A stretch of 64,000 nt of DNA from the human T2T-CHM13v2.0 reference genome, Homo sapiens. The translations under genes were made by a program, and so were the position numbers. Below the pieces are notes generated by a model. That model was not told the DNA's origin, did not search any database, and worked only from the letters and a program-made list of their open reading frames with translations. This document shows, piece by piece, positions 1 through 16,209 of this stretch; the first letter of the stretch is position 1; the number at the start of each line of letters is the position of its first letter. The stretch is from the NCBI RefSeq assembly GCF_009914755.1, contig NC_060930.1; one strand, given 5' to 3'.

Positions 1-134
1 ATTCAAAGATCGTACCATTTTCTGGACATGCAATGCTGGATCCTAACCTTCCAAGAACTGGTCAACTAGAAAAGTTTTTTTGCAGCTTGAACATGGCTGA
101 AAATGGCTTCTATTGGGGAAACATTTAAGTTTAC

Positions 135-240
135 CTTTAAATGATGAAAACAGTGATGAACTTTACGCATATCCGCGCCAACCTCTAATCTACTGTCTGA
201 ATCCTGGTCTTCCAAAAAGGATGTTATTAGTTTTTCCAGC
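135..240 (-). CDS. KIF6: KIF6 coding exon, 106 nt, phase 2-0 (probably exon 11): (Q)LEKLITSFLEDQDSDSRLEVGADMRKVHHCFHHLK
   Basis: Acceptor tatgtatttttag|G completes the split CA|G codon from the 104-nt exon. Open frame to donor AAG|gtaaac. Locally retained CpGs. Confidence 0.9.
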
Positions 241-1091
241 CTAAAAATACATAATGTATGAGAAGCAACTGTGAGCTAGAAGCTTTAAAAATTCTAATGG
301 CATTATCTAGTTGGTTAACATTTGAAGTACAGAATATTGTTCCCACCTCTTTACAGAAGTACAGATTTGAGTATAAAAATTAAGGGAAAAGAAACATTGA
401 CAAAGTGAAATTTATAGTGAAGCCATTATTTGACTAATTTCCAGTGAATTTTCTTATGAAGCTTTCAATATAGAAATCATTTGATTTCTATGGTCCATCC
501 ATTCTAGCCACTCTGAATTTCTATGCCCCTGTGCCTGGCTGCTGCATTGCTAGAAAAAGTAATGAGAATGTATTTTAAATTAATTTCACTAAAAATGCAT
601 GTGACTCCGCTTCAGCTGGCACCTCAGTGATACCCCACTATTTTTTTAATCATTCCAGGTGATCTTCTATTCTTCACAGTGCCTATTCCAAATCTTTCTA
701 CAGCCCCCAAGCCTGCCACTACTCTTTCACTCTCTGTCAATAAAGTCACTTCTTTATTGGTGAAAGCCATGCAGACTCCTTTGTTTCCTCCTCCTTTGCC
801 TCAGAGTGTCTCTGCCTCACTGCTCAGGCCCTCTTCCTGCTTTTATAGATTGTGGATATTCTTCCTCTTTCTGAAGGCCAGTTTCTCCCCTGGGCTCTCT
901 CTCTGCTTCTTCCAGGGCTTATCTAGTTAATTACCTCTTTTCCCTTAATCATCTCTTTATCTCCTCTCTATACTGACTCCTTCCTCTTTGCTTACAATCA
1001 TGTTGTTTTTCCTATCCTAAAACAAAATGAAATAGAAAACAAAACACCTCCCTTTGGAGGGACCATCCAACCACTCTATTCTAAAGTCCTA

Positions 1092-1436
<345 letters not shown>

Positions 1437-3864
1437 CTAGTACTTTGTATCAGAGGGAAATTCTTGGCTCTTATTTATCTTTGTTCTTCCCGTCCCCCTA
1501 ACATTAGGTTCTCAACACAAATATGTTCACTAGTTACTGGATTCACTGCCATGGACATGGTTCCCCTCTAGGTTGAGATGGAACTCTTAATAAGGAAGGT
1601 TTAAGGATGACAATCAGTATCTATGATGTTATGTATCATAATACAGCAGCAGCATATCTTTCTAGTACTATTATGAAAATATTTGCATACTTTCAGCATC
1701 TTTTAAAACTGTATCTACACATTTCTCTTCTGCTGTTACTATCAGCCCACCCAGATAAAATGTAATGATTTCTATCATAGAACAGCCTTGGATTTCATTT
1801 GTACCTCTTGTAATTTGTGACATGTGACAGCTATATATTTACAAGTGTGAGACAATTTATACCGTTACTTTTAAGGAGTTTCTTTAGGTGAAGAGATACT
1901 TATTTGCACTATTTGCTGATTGACAGTGTGTTTCCTTTTGGATTAGAGCTTCAAACCATCAGATATACAGAGGGATTTATTCCTGATACATTTTTTAAAA
2001 AATCATGTAAATTATTATGAAAACACATGTTTATGAACAAAATTCCAAACAATGCAGATGTGAATATATTAAAAAGTGAAAACTCCTCCCACTCCCCTGC
2101 CACCATTCCCCTCCACCTTTTTTTAAAAAAATTTGATACCTTGGGAAATCCACTGTTAACAGTTAAAATATATTATTCTTATTCTTAATGAAGCAGATAC
2201 CTATATTTATATATTCATTTATACATTTTGGTTTGTTGTTTTTACAAAAATGAGATCATAGTCTGAATAATGCTTTACATCATTATATTTCTAAAGCATT
2301 TATGGCAGATGAGCTTTTCCATCAGTGCATACACAGTAAAGGTATTTCATTTCTAATGGCTATATAATATTCCATACTATGGATGTACTACTATTCCTCT
2401 CTTGATGGACACTGAGGTGACATACTCATACAGTTGCTACTTTCCTCTGTAACCCATGATGAGACCTTGATCTACAAACCTGACTTAATGAGGTTTAAAA
2501 AATAGTAATGTTTAGCTACTTGTATTTTCCCTGAATACATAGCAGAAATTTTGAAATTTCAAAAATCACTGTGGGTTCTAGAATATACACTCGTTTTCTG
2601 GAGTGAAAGCACTTTGTGATTTCCAGAGTCCATAAAATTTCTAGCAGACAATATTAAGTTGGAAGTAATGGTTAATCAATTCTTTCTTCTTGCTTTTTCT
2701 TTAGAAAACAACTTTTGAATAGTTTAATCACAAGTACATATTCTAGGAAACGTTCTCTGAAGGAAGGCTGAAGTGGACTCCTAGCTCAGAAGGAAACCTC
2801 GTAAGATACAAGCCTGCTGATGAGCTGGACCACTCACAGATTGCTCACGTGCACTGGGCTTTGGTATTCCATCAAGGCTCCTCTCCCACACAGCAACACT
2901 GTAGAATACAAGGAGGACCAGGGACATGATCCAAAGAAATGGGCAAGAACTTCTGCCTGAGTAAAAGAACTGATCGCTTTACTCTTTCTGGGACTTGATT
3001 AGTCTAGTACATAACTAAGAATGAAGATCAGCCTTTTGACATGCTATTTTGCTTTCAGCACTTGAGAACACAAAGAAACATGCCTGGTCTTTCCTTCATA
3101 CATTTGATTTACTGTTGGGTTTATTTCCTTATCAGGCAAGGACTTGGTCTAATAATTAAAATGCAGAAAAATGCTTAATTCAGATGTTTTCGTTGTACTC
3201 CTCTAGTAGTTGAGAGTGAACAAATGAACCCAAATTCCCCACATTTTCCTATCTACCAAAATAGTGTCCAAGTTTATACCTAGTCCCTGCTCCCTCTAAG
3301 GGGTCTCCCAGCTGCCAGAACTCTGCTGAACAGTGGAAAACTGTTTGCAGAAAAGTCTCGCTAAGGAGGTCAAGTGAGTACAATAAAGTCTATTTTTTAG
3401 GACAAGCCCAAGTCAACAAGAGCTTTCCTTATTCTCTACTTACACTAGAAGAAAAGAAGGAAGAAAAAAGAATCCTAGGGGAAAGAGAAAAGAAATACAC
3501 ACCATTCAGTAACAAGAAATATTGTAATAATTTAGTGTGTCTGAACACATGACTTCGCTGATGGTAGGTGATGGTTTGATGTCTGGTGACTATACAGATC
3601 TCAGCCAAATTGACTGCTAATGAAATACCTCTGACAGCCTGTGTCCTGGTTCAGCAACTCCATCATATTAGAAATTTTGATATATGGCCACATAATTAGA
3701 ACTGACCATATTTCCTAACATGTGCTTTACCTTCTTGAGGCCACTGCACTCCCCTCTCTGCTCCTTATATTCCTTGTACAAAAAAAAAAAGCTCTCTCTG
3801 TAGCCATATGTCCCTAAAAATTTAGGTTTAATAGCATGAATAAAAAGACAAAGCAAGCTTCTCA

Positions 3865-4095
3865 TCATTAATGACAGCCAACATTGAGCATGCACTAAAT
3901 GCTGGACACTCTTCTGTGCTATTTGCATATATCATTTCCTTAATTTTTACAACAACCCATGAGAAAAGTGCTATTATTATCCCCATGTCATAGGTGAGGA
4001 AACTGAAGCACAGAGATATTACGTATCTTGTCCAAGCTCACACAGCAAGCACACAGGTAAAATCCAAGTTTTGAAGCACAATACTTACCATACTA
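3865..4095 (-). mobile_element. MIR SINE
   Basis: MIR core reverse complement 'attattatccccatgtcataggtgaggaaactgaagcacagaga'. Boundaries approximate. Confidence 0.75.
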
Positions 4096-5478
4096 TAACA
4101 AAGTTACTCAAAGTATTTGAATACCATATTGGGTGATGTATTTCTAAAAGGGAGAACCCACACCTGCAAGCATTCATTGAGGAGGCAAATAGGTGGACGA
4201 AGAAGTGGGAAATAACTGAAAAGCAGTTGCTTAGATCTTAGCAAGGCCACGGACCCCCATGACTTGTAACGGCAAAAAAAGTTGGGAAGGAATCAGAATG
4301 TGCTGTATTTGAAGATTACTTAAATTAATTATGGCATAGCTATGTACATAGTTAAGCAGCAATTTAAGTGACGGCAAAGTGTTGTACTTATTGACATTAA
4401 AAACACTCATACTATATATGGATAGCTTAATGATGAATCCCTCTGCAGGGATTCTGCAAGTACACTGTAACACACATAAGAAGACTGAAGAGACAAAAAG
4501 GAAGGAAAGGCATGAGGGAAGGGAGAGAGGGAGGGAGGGGAGCAGATCAGCAGTCCCGAAATTTTTGGCCAGCTAGTTGTCTTTGGCTCAAGAACATTCA
4601 TCATCTTTTGTTGAAAAAAGAGACCAGCGACCCAAGCTAACCTCACTCTTCTTCAATATTTTTATGATTATGTTATGTTTAACTGTTTTAAAAAATTCAT
4701 CATTTATACATTGAGTGTGATTAAGATGTTCTCATTATTCTCAAATAATCTTTGTAAAAAAATATGAACATGTTCGTGTCAGCAGTGGGTTCTAGAAATT
4801 GGCTAGAAACCATATCTCTATGGCACTGGCTGTGGGAAAGTTGGGAGAACAGAAGAGTGGGATATTAGAAACAAGAGCAAACCTAACCCAGGGCATGGAA
4901 ATGCTGGCTGTTTCCAAATAACTGGGACAGCAATGGGAGGTGTGCCCCAGGAGTGGGAGGGGAGCCTGGTGCTGTAACTGGGGCAGAGATAGCAGAAGCA
5001 TGCAGCAGCACAGTATTATTCTAGAGAATTTACTATAAACAAGGCTCGGGGGATGCAAAGCAATGGGACTGCATCCTCTAATATCAAGCTGGAAATAGTG
5101 AGGGGGATGAAAAATACCCCAGTTGGTGGGGCAGAGCTTCCCTGTGGTAGAACCATGGAAATTGGTATTCCAGAGCTGATGGTTCTTAGCTCAACTGTCT
5201 CCTCACTGGTTTGGGGAGACGATTTGACAGCTCATTCCAGAGAGCTAGAAAGGAGTTCTGATTTATAAAACTAACTTGTATTAATTATACCAAATACATA
5301 TCAAAATCTGCCTCACTGCTCTAAATCATTTTGCCACTTAAAGATGTCTCCATTGAGGGTGAGTTGTCTCTGACAGGGTTAAACATGGGGATACTGACAA
5401 ACTAAAGCTACATATTACCTGAGCAAAGATCGGGAAAAGAATGGGAGATAGTGACAAAGATATAAAAGGATGTAAAGG

Positions 5479-6212
5479 ATTATTTTCTATGGCTGAATAA
5501 TACTCCATTGTGTACACACACCACATTTTCTTTATCTATTCATCTGTTGATGGACACAGGTTGATTTCATATCTTGGCTGTTGTGAATAGTGCTGCAATA
5601 AATATGGGAGTGCGGATATCTCTTCCATATACTGATTTCCTTTCTTTTGGATATATACCCAGTAGTCGGATTGCTGGATTGTACAGCAGTTCTAGTTTTA
5701 GTTTTTGGAGGAAACTCCATACTGAAATCCTGTCATTTGCAACAACATATTTAGAAATGGAGGATATTATGTTAAGTGAAATAAGCCAAGCACAGAAAGA
5801 CAAATATCACATGTTGTCACTCACACGTGGGAACTAAATAAAAAATTAACTCATGGAGATAAAGAATAGAATAACAGTTTTCAGAGGCTGGGAAGAGTAG
5901 TGGGGAGAGAGAGGATAAAGAGAGGATGGTTAATGGGTACAAAAATATAGTCAGAAGGAATAAGATCCAGTATTCAGTGGCACAATGGGGTGACTATAGT
6001 TAACAATAATTTATTGTATATTTCGAAATAACTAAAAGAGTGGAATTGGAATGTTCCTAACACAAATAAATGATAAGTGCTTGAGGCAATGGATATCCCA
6101 ATTCCTCTGATTTGATTATTACACATTATACGTTTGTATCAAAATATCACATGTCCTATAAATATGTACAACTAATATATATCCATAATATTAAAAATTA
6201 AAAAAACTTTAG
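5479..6212 (+). mobile_element. L1 (L1MA-type) 3' end with 5' inversion: 5479-5724 antisense, 5724-6212 sense
   Basis: ORF2 C-terminal peptides on both strands ([15 protein letters not shown] on minus; [19 protein letters not shown]-like on plus). L1MA-like 3'UTR and A-rich tail. TATAAAAGGA at 5461-5470 and 6217-6226. Confidence 0.88.
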
Positions 6213-6499
6213 AAAGTATAAAAGGAAACTTGATAATTATTAACTTAAAGGAATATGATAACTAGGAAGAATTGAGAGAATAGTTACACAATTTAAAAAA
6301 TTGACTGTGGTAGCATAAGAAATATGGCAGAATGATTGGTTGAATGATCTTCATTCATCAACCCTCTGTGGGTTAAAACTTTCTCATTTGTAAAATGTGT
6401 AGAATAATACCATCTTTACACTATTAGCTTTACGAAATCAGATAATGCAAGGAACGAAGAGAGAATACGCCTGGCCTATTAAGGCTTTGCTATTCGACT

Positions 6500-6640
6500 G
6501 GACCAACTTTATAGGAATCGGCTATGAGACTTTTGAAAATATAGAATTTTCGGCTCCATCCCAGACCTCCTGAGTCAGAATCTACATTTAACAACATTCC
6601 CAGGTGATCTGCATACACACTAATGTTAAGAAGCATTGCA
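6500..6640. mobile_element. MER5-like hAT-Charlie remnant
   Basis: 'cccagacctcctgagtcagaatctacatttaacaacattcccaggtgatctg' resembles the MER5A consensus. Boundaries approximate. Confidence 0.6.
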
Positions 6641-8349
6641 ACAAGGCAACTGGTTATTGAATGTTGACACAAGAATACATACACATCTTTTCAGTTCGGA
6701 ACACCAAACAAAGATGTAACTGGAAATGTTCTGTGAAGGAGGAACTAACATCCCTTGATAGTCAACCATGTCCTGAGCACTCTGCTAGTGACTTTACACA
6801 TGTTTTCTTATTTAAGTGGAAAAAGAGCCCTTTAGGGACTATCATAGTCTGGTTCTCTTTATACCCGCCTTGTCCCAGTTATTTTATTATTACTTTCATT
6901 CAATATCCATTAAAACATGTCAGGCACTTTCACATATATTTTGTTATTCATCTGTTCCATAAGTCTATAAATTATTATCACTCTTTCACAGATGGGAATA
7001 GGAAAGCTAAGAGAAGTTCAGTAACTTGCATATTGTCACTAAGGTAGGAAATTGAAACACTGAGATTTGAAAACAATTCTTTTGACTCAAGAATCCCCAC
7101 TCTTTGCATTCATACTACAAAGACTCTCAGTTAATTCAGAAAAGTGCTTTCCACATGCCATAATCTCTGACATACTATATTTGTATTTTCAATTTAGAAT
7201 GTTCCTGTGAACTTTTAACCAGGAAAGATGCAAACAACATAGTTAATGAGAATATCAAATAAACATAATGAGATCATCAAATAAATAGTAACTAGTCTGC
7301 CATATTAAAAAAAAGAGTTTTTAACAGGCTGAAATGGTAGGGGGCAAAGGATGGGGTTCTTTTTGGGATGTGGCCCTTTAAAACATACAGTATTGAGATA
7401 GCAGGTAATGCACAAAAGGAAAGTTCAGATAACAATAAATTCATAATTATGATTAACTACATAACTACACAATCCACCAAGGACATGAAAAGCTGAAGGC
7501 TGAGATTGTGCCAATAGGACTATGACCAAAGGAAACTATACAAAAATTTTTCAGGGTCATTAGTTTCATGTTTGCTTTTTCTGAGATTCTGCTGAAAGAA
7601 TCAATTCCAATTGACTTAAAAGTAGTCACTTCAAGAGTTTTTCCTTTTGCAGTTTCCTGGTCTGTGACAGGTATTATATACATTATATGCTCCCCTAGCC
7701 CTAACCAGTTAGTGAAAGACATGGACCCTTACACGCAAGGAATTGAGTTCAATGTCAGCAACTCTGTTGGAATGAGCTCTTTTTTTAAATAACAGTAGGG
7801 GGCCAGAAAGTTCATGGTTTTGGTGATGCAGAGGAAATTCCTATAGAGTTTTCCTTCTGTAGGGTAAATTCATCTTAGTAATGCATATTTCCTTCACCTC
7901 AACAAAAGCACAGTCATGTAGTACCTCAAATGCAGAAATGCACAACTTCTTGATACTTTTAGTGATTTGAAATAGCAAATGCGAAAAATCAAAATTAAAA
8001 TCCAGACTGGTTTGCCTTTTTAATGGTGAAGATAAGGCCTATTTATAGGTGCATGTATGCATTCATGGCCAGGTACTTCTGTTTACAGAATTTCAAAAAC
8101 TATTTTGAAATAATTTTTAAATAAACTAAGACAACTTTAAAGACAGTAGGGCATATTTTACAAGGTCCTTTAAATGCAATGATGAAGGGTTTTGAAAAGT
8201 TATACGATTGATTTTGTTTTTGTCAATCCAGATTTTCATATATCCAATTTACTTAAAGGTATATATGTCTTATGACTAAACATTTTAAATTCAGTAGGTA
8301 GAGACGGGCTCAGGAGTCTAGAACAAATGTAAATAAGAGATGAAAATAG

Positions 8350-10653
<2,304 letters not shown>

Positions 10654-13600
10654 AGAGAAGAAAATTAGATAAATTAATCAATCCATAGATACTAATAACT
10701 CCCTCTTTAAATTCTACATTTACTTTTTGAACTTCTTTTTTCTGTAGGCAAACACTGTTGATTGTGTTTAATGTTAACACAAGTACACTCATCTACATAA
10801 GTCTATAATAAATAAGAAACTGACTTACAGGAAAGAGAATGGTGGTGAGGTGGGAGTGGAGAAGGGAGTCAGTGAGCAGGAGATCTAGCAGCAGGAAAAT
10901 GTGGAAGATAAGCCACATTCAGGAAGGGGGAAATGACAGTCAACAGAAACAAGGTTTTAGAAAATAGAAGAGGCCTCCTATCATCATGACGAAGGCTGAA
11001 TGAGCTGTGAAAGAGAAGTTAAACTGGCTTCGAAGCTGACAAAAGAGTGTAGTAGAGAGATAGCTACCTAGGGAAAGGACTGGGCAAAGAGGCAAATCTG
11101 AGACTGTTGAGAAGCCACCAAAGCAGCCCCTCTGACCAGAACAGGGGCCAGAGATCAAGTCTGAGGATCAAGGAATGAGAGGCAAGACGGCCGGTGGGAG
11201 AACAAGGTTAGGAAGGTGGGAAAGGTGGGAAGGAGTGGAGAGAAAGACAGGCCTCAAGTGGATAAAACTAGAGCACACCTTTGAGAAAGAAGTTTATTGG
11301 GAAATTTGGGAGAATAAGGGCCAGTTGGAAGTGGGCTAGCCCTACCAAAGCTATTTATCTCCATGGTTAAAGTTTCCAAACTAGGGAGTTTCCTGACAGT
11401 TCATTAATTTGATGGAGTAGTGGAAGCTTTACCCATCCTTTGCTCCAAATCTCTGAACTTCTTTTTCTATGGTTCTGTCTTGTATGAAATTAAATTTGTA
11501 GACAACATTGAAGTTTAGAAATATACATTTTTTTCAGCTGTTTCTTTAGCTGAAATTTTTAAATAACAGCTTTGGTTTATATATGAAAATGCAGAACCTA
11601 CATACATATGCACATATATATGTGCACATATATATGTATATGATTATATACATAGATATAAAATTAACGGAAAACTTGTAAAAGTTTTAAAAGACATATT
11701 AAAAGGATTTTGTTATGTAAAAATGCAAAGTAAATCCTTGTGGGTGTGTTTCCATTTGATAAAAAATAATGTATTTTATCCTTTCATATGGAAAACAGTA
11801 TATAGCTGGAAACGTGTTCATGTAATATTAAATCTAAAGCAAATGTATGTAAATTGAATCATACATTATCATTGAGTTCTGTATTAATTGAAGATGGGTT
11901 TACAAGGCAAAGACAGATCTTAGGATGCAATAAAATCTGATAAAGAGTATTGAAAACTTAAGTGTTTAAAAGAAAATGACCATGAAATTGTTAAAACAAT
12001 GATGCAGGACCTACAAAAAGGAAAAGTGCAAATTTAGAGAGCAAATGAAGAGGACAAGAACATACTGGGAGTTTTAGTATGTTCCTGAATGGGAAGATGC
12101 AGGATTGTAATCTCTCCTTGAATTTAACAATAAAAAAGTAAACCTAATAAAAGTCCCATTGCAGTTTTGTTTTCCAGAAAAAAATACATATACAGAGACA
12201 ACCAACAAAATTTTGTATATATTTTTTTTGGACGGAGGGGTCCACAAATCCTCAGAAGTCAAAAAATGAACTTTTGTATAGAAAGCCCATAGAACCTCTG
12301 TTGGAGATGTACACATATACAGATATAGAAAGACGTCACAATTAAATGAAAAACACAAGTTAAAAAACAGCAAATAAAGGATGAGTCCATTTTTATTAAA
12401 ATATATATTTATATGTATTCATTAAAAATTTTGAAGGATTACAACCAGTAATAATACTTGTTATCTTTGGTGAAATCACAAGTGATTTCTATCCCCCCTT
12501 TTTTTTTGCCCGTTATCACTTTTGTACAATGAATGCGAATTGTTCACAAAATAAAAATCATAAAACTCTTACAACTCTCACAACTCTCAGAGCAAAGTTT
12601 AAAAAACTCAAAAGGTAAAATTCTAAAATATATTATAAATTATAAAAACATATAATTTATAACTATTCAAGTTACTTTCCTTAAGCTATAGGAGAGAGAT
12701 ATACCATACTTGCTGTTAGGTTCTTGAAATGAACTCCACAGTGAAAACCCAAAGCTGTTCCTTCTGTTGCTTCCAGACGGGTTTGATTTGTTGATATGAT
12801 CTAATTACTTATTTTATGGTCCTGCTTACAGTGGTTGGTGACTATTTCTGCATTTGTTTATCCATCCTTTGTGCAGGCTATCAGGAACCAGGTGTTAGGG
12901 ATTGATGTAATTTATTATTTCCATAAGTGCACATTTTCACACTGTGGGTTTTCTTTAAGTGGTAGAACCCATATAAAACTGTAATCAGAATAAACATTTG
13001 TTTCAGGAAGTCTTAAAAATATCCAGCTCTACACATACAAAAAGATTTTCTGTGAAAAGCATACTGGGGAAAGCAAGAGAGAAAGACAAATATTCTTGGT
13101 TGTGATGAAGGGTCCCATTTCTTGTTTTAAAGAATTTCCTGGAGCTCACAAAACCCAAAGAGCAAGGAACATTAACACTGAGAAAGCATTAAACAACTGG
13201 AAGAATAAAACAGTATGTTCATGTTTTCACACTCAAAACTTTCTAATTTAGAAGCAAGTACTTGGACTTCTGATGAAAGAGCTGTCTAGGCCAAAAGAAT
13301 CCAACATATCAGCCATAGTCCAACAAATGGAATTGCCATTTATGCCTCATCCTTTTTAAATTTGCTTTTGCTTTTCATTCATTTGGCCTATTAGAACCCA
13401 AAACACTTAATTAAACTTTAGGAGACTAAAATAATCATTAAAATACAGAAACAGCCCTGAGATGGAGACAGGCCTTTTTAATCATATGAGATAACTATTT
13501 CTTAAGAACTCAAATGCTTCCATAAACTACCCAAGGATAATTAATACAAGCTGTAGACCATGCTTTTAGTTTTGGTTTTAATATCTTCAAAATGTAGTGT

Positions 13601-14047
13601 CAGGACCAAAAACACTTTGTACCAAAGTGGAGAAATTTCATCTGTAGTGAATTATATTTCATGAATGATTTCAGAGATCTGATTTCTTATAAAATGCAAG
13701 GGAGCCATTAATGACCTCTGGGATATTTAATCCACAAAGTTTAGGTTATTGCTTTATAGACAGCCATTATTAGAAGCTGGTAAGAAGGAGCCTAGGAGTC
13801 AAGGGATATGAATTCAGGACTAAGTTAGCAGATAATCTGCTAAATTTTTTTTTTAAAACTGCCCAATTACTTGGGCCTCCCCTCTTCAGGTGGTGTGAAT
13901 TAATCATTTGGTAAATACTGATCATGATGCAGGATGTTTCTCAATTCTCAACCACTGGGACATTTTAGAAAAGGACTATATTTGAATTACGTGACTTCTG
14001 CAACATGTCCCTAAAATGACTATTTTCCACAAAGAACACAGAAAAGG

Positions 14048-14116
14048 TGCTTCCTCAGCCCACATTATCAGTAAATATGATAATGCTTCCTCAGCCCACA
14101 TTATCAGTAAAAATGA
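14048..14116. repeat. Tandem duplication, 36-bp period, about 2 copies
   Basis: TGCTTCCTCAGCCCACATTATCAGTAAA is identical at 14048 and 14084. Confidence 0.95.
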
Positions 14117-14500
14117 GCTGAGATGGCCAGGTAGAGATTGCAAAGAGGAATTAAATTTGCTTAAATTTGCCATTGCATATAGGGAGAGTCTAACAAGACA
14201 GGGAATAAAAAATCAATAATATGCTATCTCATTTACATTTATTCAGAGCGTTTATTGACTGCCTATTGTCAACCAGGTGTTGGTTATATAAAGATGAATA
14301 AAACACATCCAAGTCTATCCACCTTAACTTCCCTTGGATTTTGGCCTTTGAAAACCTTTGAGGTTGTGTTAAGTGGTACTTTAAAAAAAAAAAAAGGTAT
14401 AACAGCAAATATCAACTAACTAACTGTTTTTAAGGCAAAACTATTCATCAAATTATGAAAATAAAAATATAAACTCTGATCATATAAAACAAAGCTAAAA

Positions 14501-14615
14501 TAGGGTTGCAAATATTGCACCAGACATATTTATACAAAACATTATTTGTTATTTACTTGAAATTCAAATTTAATGAGGCATCTTGTATTTTTAGTTGCTA
14601 AATCTGGCCACCCTA
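14501..14615. mobile_element. MER53-like hAT MITE, internally deleted
   Basis: Termini TAGGGTTGC...GCCACCCTA. Right arm 'tgaaattcaaatttaa...tgctaaatctggc'. 8-bp TSD AGCTAAAA/AGCTGAAA. Confidence 0.75.
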
Positions 14616-15910
14616 AGCTGAAAGCCAGAAAACCTGCAGGCATTCCAGCTTGGAGCTGACCGGTGGGTGCTCACTGCTGGGATGTGTGGACCCAGGCATG
14701 AAGAAAGGCCTCAACAACTGCTCTTAGTCATTAACTCATTTACCAGTAATAAATTGAAGTTAGGCCCAGTGCTGCTGCTCTTATTCTGAAAGAATAAAAC
14801 GTAGTGCAAGCATTGCCCACAGCATCTAAATGTTTCCCCACTAATAATATACTACATTTTCAATTGATTTTAAAGCTAATAATTCAGAGAGCTATAAAAC
14901 TGTTTAGAACCCTTAGGGGGCCAGAATTTGTGAAGACTGATTTTCTCAGGCAAGAATCCAACTTGATAGAAATCTTTGTAAGTCACATCACTTCTCTGGA
15001 TCTGTTTACGCATCTTTAAAATAAGGAAGCCACACTTACGGCTTTGCTCATATTGATTCCTCTATCTGAAATGTTCTCCCTGTCCAGCTTTGCTTTTCTA
15101 AATCTTGTCTTGATTCACGAGTCTGCACATCCCTGTTCTTCCCAGTCAAAAGTAATTTCTATTCCCCGCAATTACCCCGGCACTTCTCTTGTGACAGGTA
15201 GAATTTTGACTTTATATTATAGATATTCACATACTTATCTCACTTACAAGATTGAAGGTCTCTGAAGCCAGAATCTGTCATTAATACATCTTTGCAACCC
15301 CACCCTTCCATCCCAGCTCATTTTGTTTGCTGCCAATGTTGTGGGCTAAGTAAGTACCTTTTCTGTGTTCTCTGCAGAAAATAGCCTTTTTAGGGGCATT
15401 TTGCAGAAGTCATTGGCTGAGCATTTTCTGATTCAAGACAGACTCTCTAAAATTTTGTGCTTTGTACTAACCTGAGCAGTAGCAAACAGGAGTAGAAATA
15501 GCTAAAGCAATGAAAATACTGTTGCATACACTCCTGAGATTATGTAATTGCAGTAGGAAGTCTCTGCATTATGGAAGGCTGACTGGGGGCACTTATGGAC
15601 TATGCAGATAATCTGCCTTTGCAATATAAGCAAGGATCAGCATCAAACCAGAAAGCATGGCCAGTATGAGTGCACAGCATGCACCTGAGTCAGAAAAGGC
15701 AGAACCAGACCATGAAAGAAAAAGTACCTAAGCAAGAGTCACAAGAAATCCTACACTAGTAGAGAATTGGCAGCTAAAAATAGTCCTACACACTAAATTA
15801 TTACAAATCTAGATTACATTGAATATTTATGAAAGTGAGTTTAAGTCATAAAGTGTTTTTCAAGAAAAGAAAACTGAGAATGTTAAAAGGAGAATATTAA
15901 ACTCAAACCA

Positions 15911-16209
15911 TTTTTTTTTTTTGAGATGGAGTCTCACTCTCTCACCCAGGCTGGAGTGCGTTGGTATGATCTCGGCTCACTGCAACCTCCGCCTTCTGGG
16001 TTCAAGAGATTCTCCTGCCTCAGCATCTTGAGTAGCTGGGATTATAAGCACAGGTCACCACGCCCGGTTAATTTTTTTTTTTGTATTTTCAGTAAAGATG
16101 GGGTTTCATCATGTTGGCCAGGCTGGTCTTGAACTCCTGACCTCAAGTGATCCGCCTGCCTTGGCTCCCAAAGTGCTGAGATTACAGGTGTGAGCCGCCG
16201 CACCTGGCC
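15911..16209 (-). mobile_element. Alu (AluS-type)
   Basis: T tail plus antisense Alu. AACTCAAA repeated on both flanks. Confidence 0.95.

Noticed and set aside
4790-5320. G-rich stretch and ORFs 4792..5058 and 5053..5268
   Set aside because: No splice-compatible or homologous coding signal. It looks like an old DNA-transposon remnant that I cannot name reliably.
5532-5837. ORFs resembling the reverse-transcriptase protein C-terminus
   Set aside because: Decayed L1 ORF2 fragments inside the inverted L1, not a functional gene.
14048-14116. Direct repeat as a CRISPR-like array
   Set aside because: Only two adjacent copies with no spacer series, in a mammalian intron. The same applies to the other short duplications.
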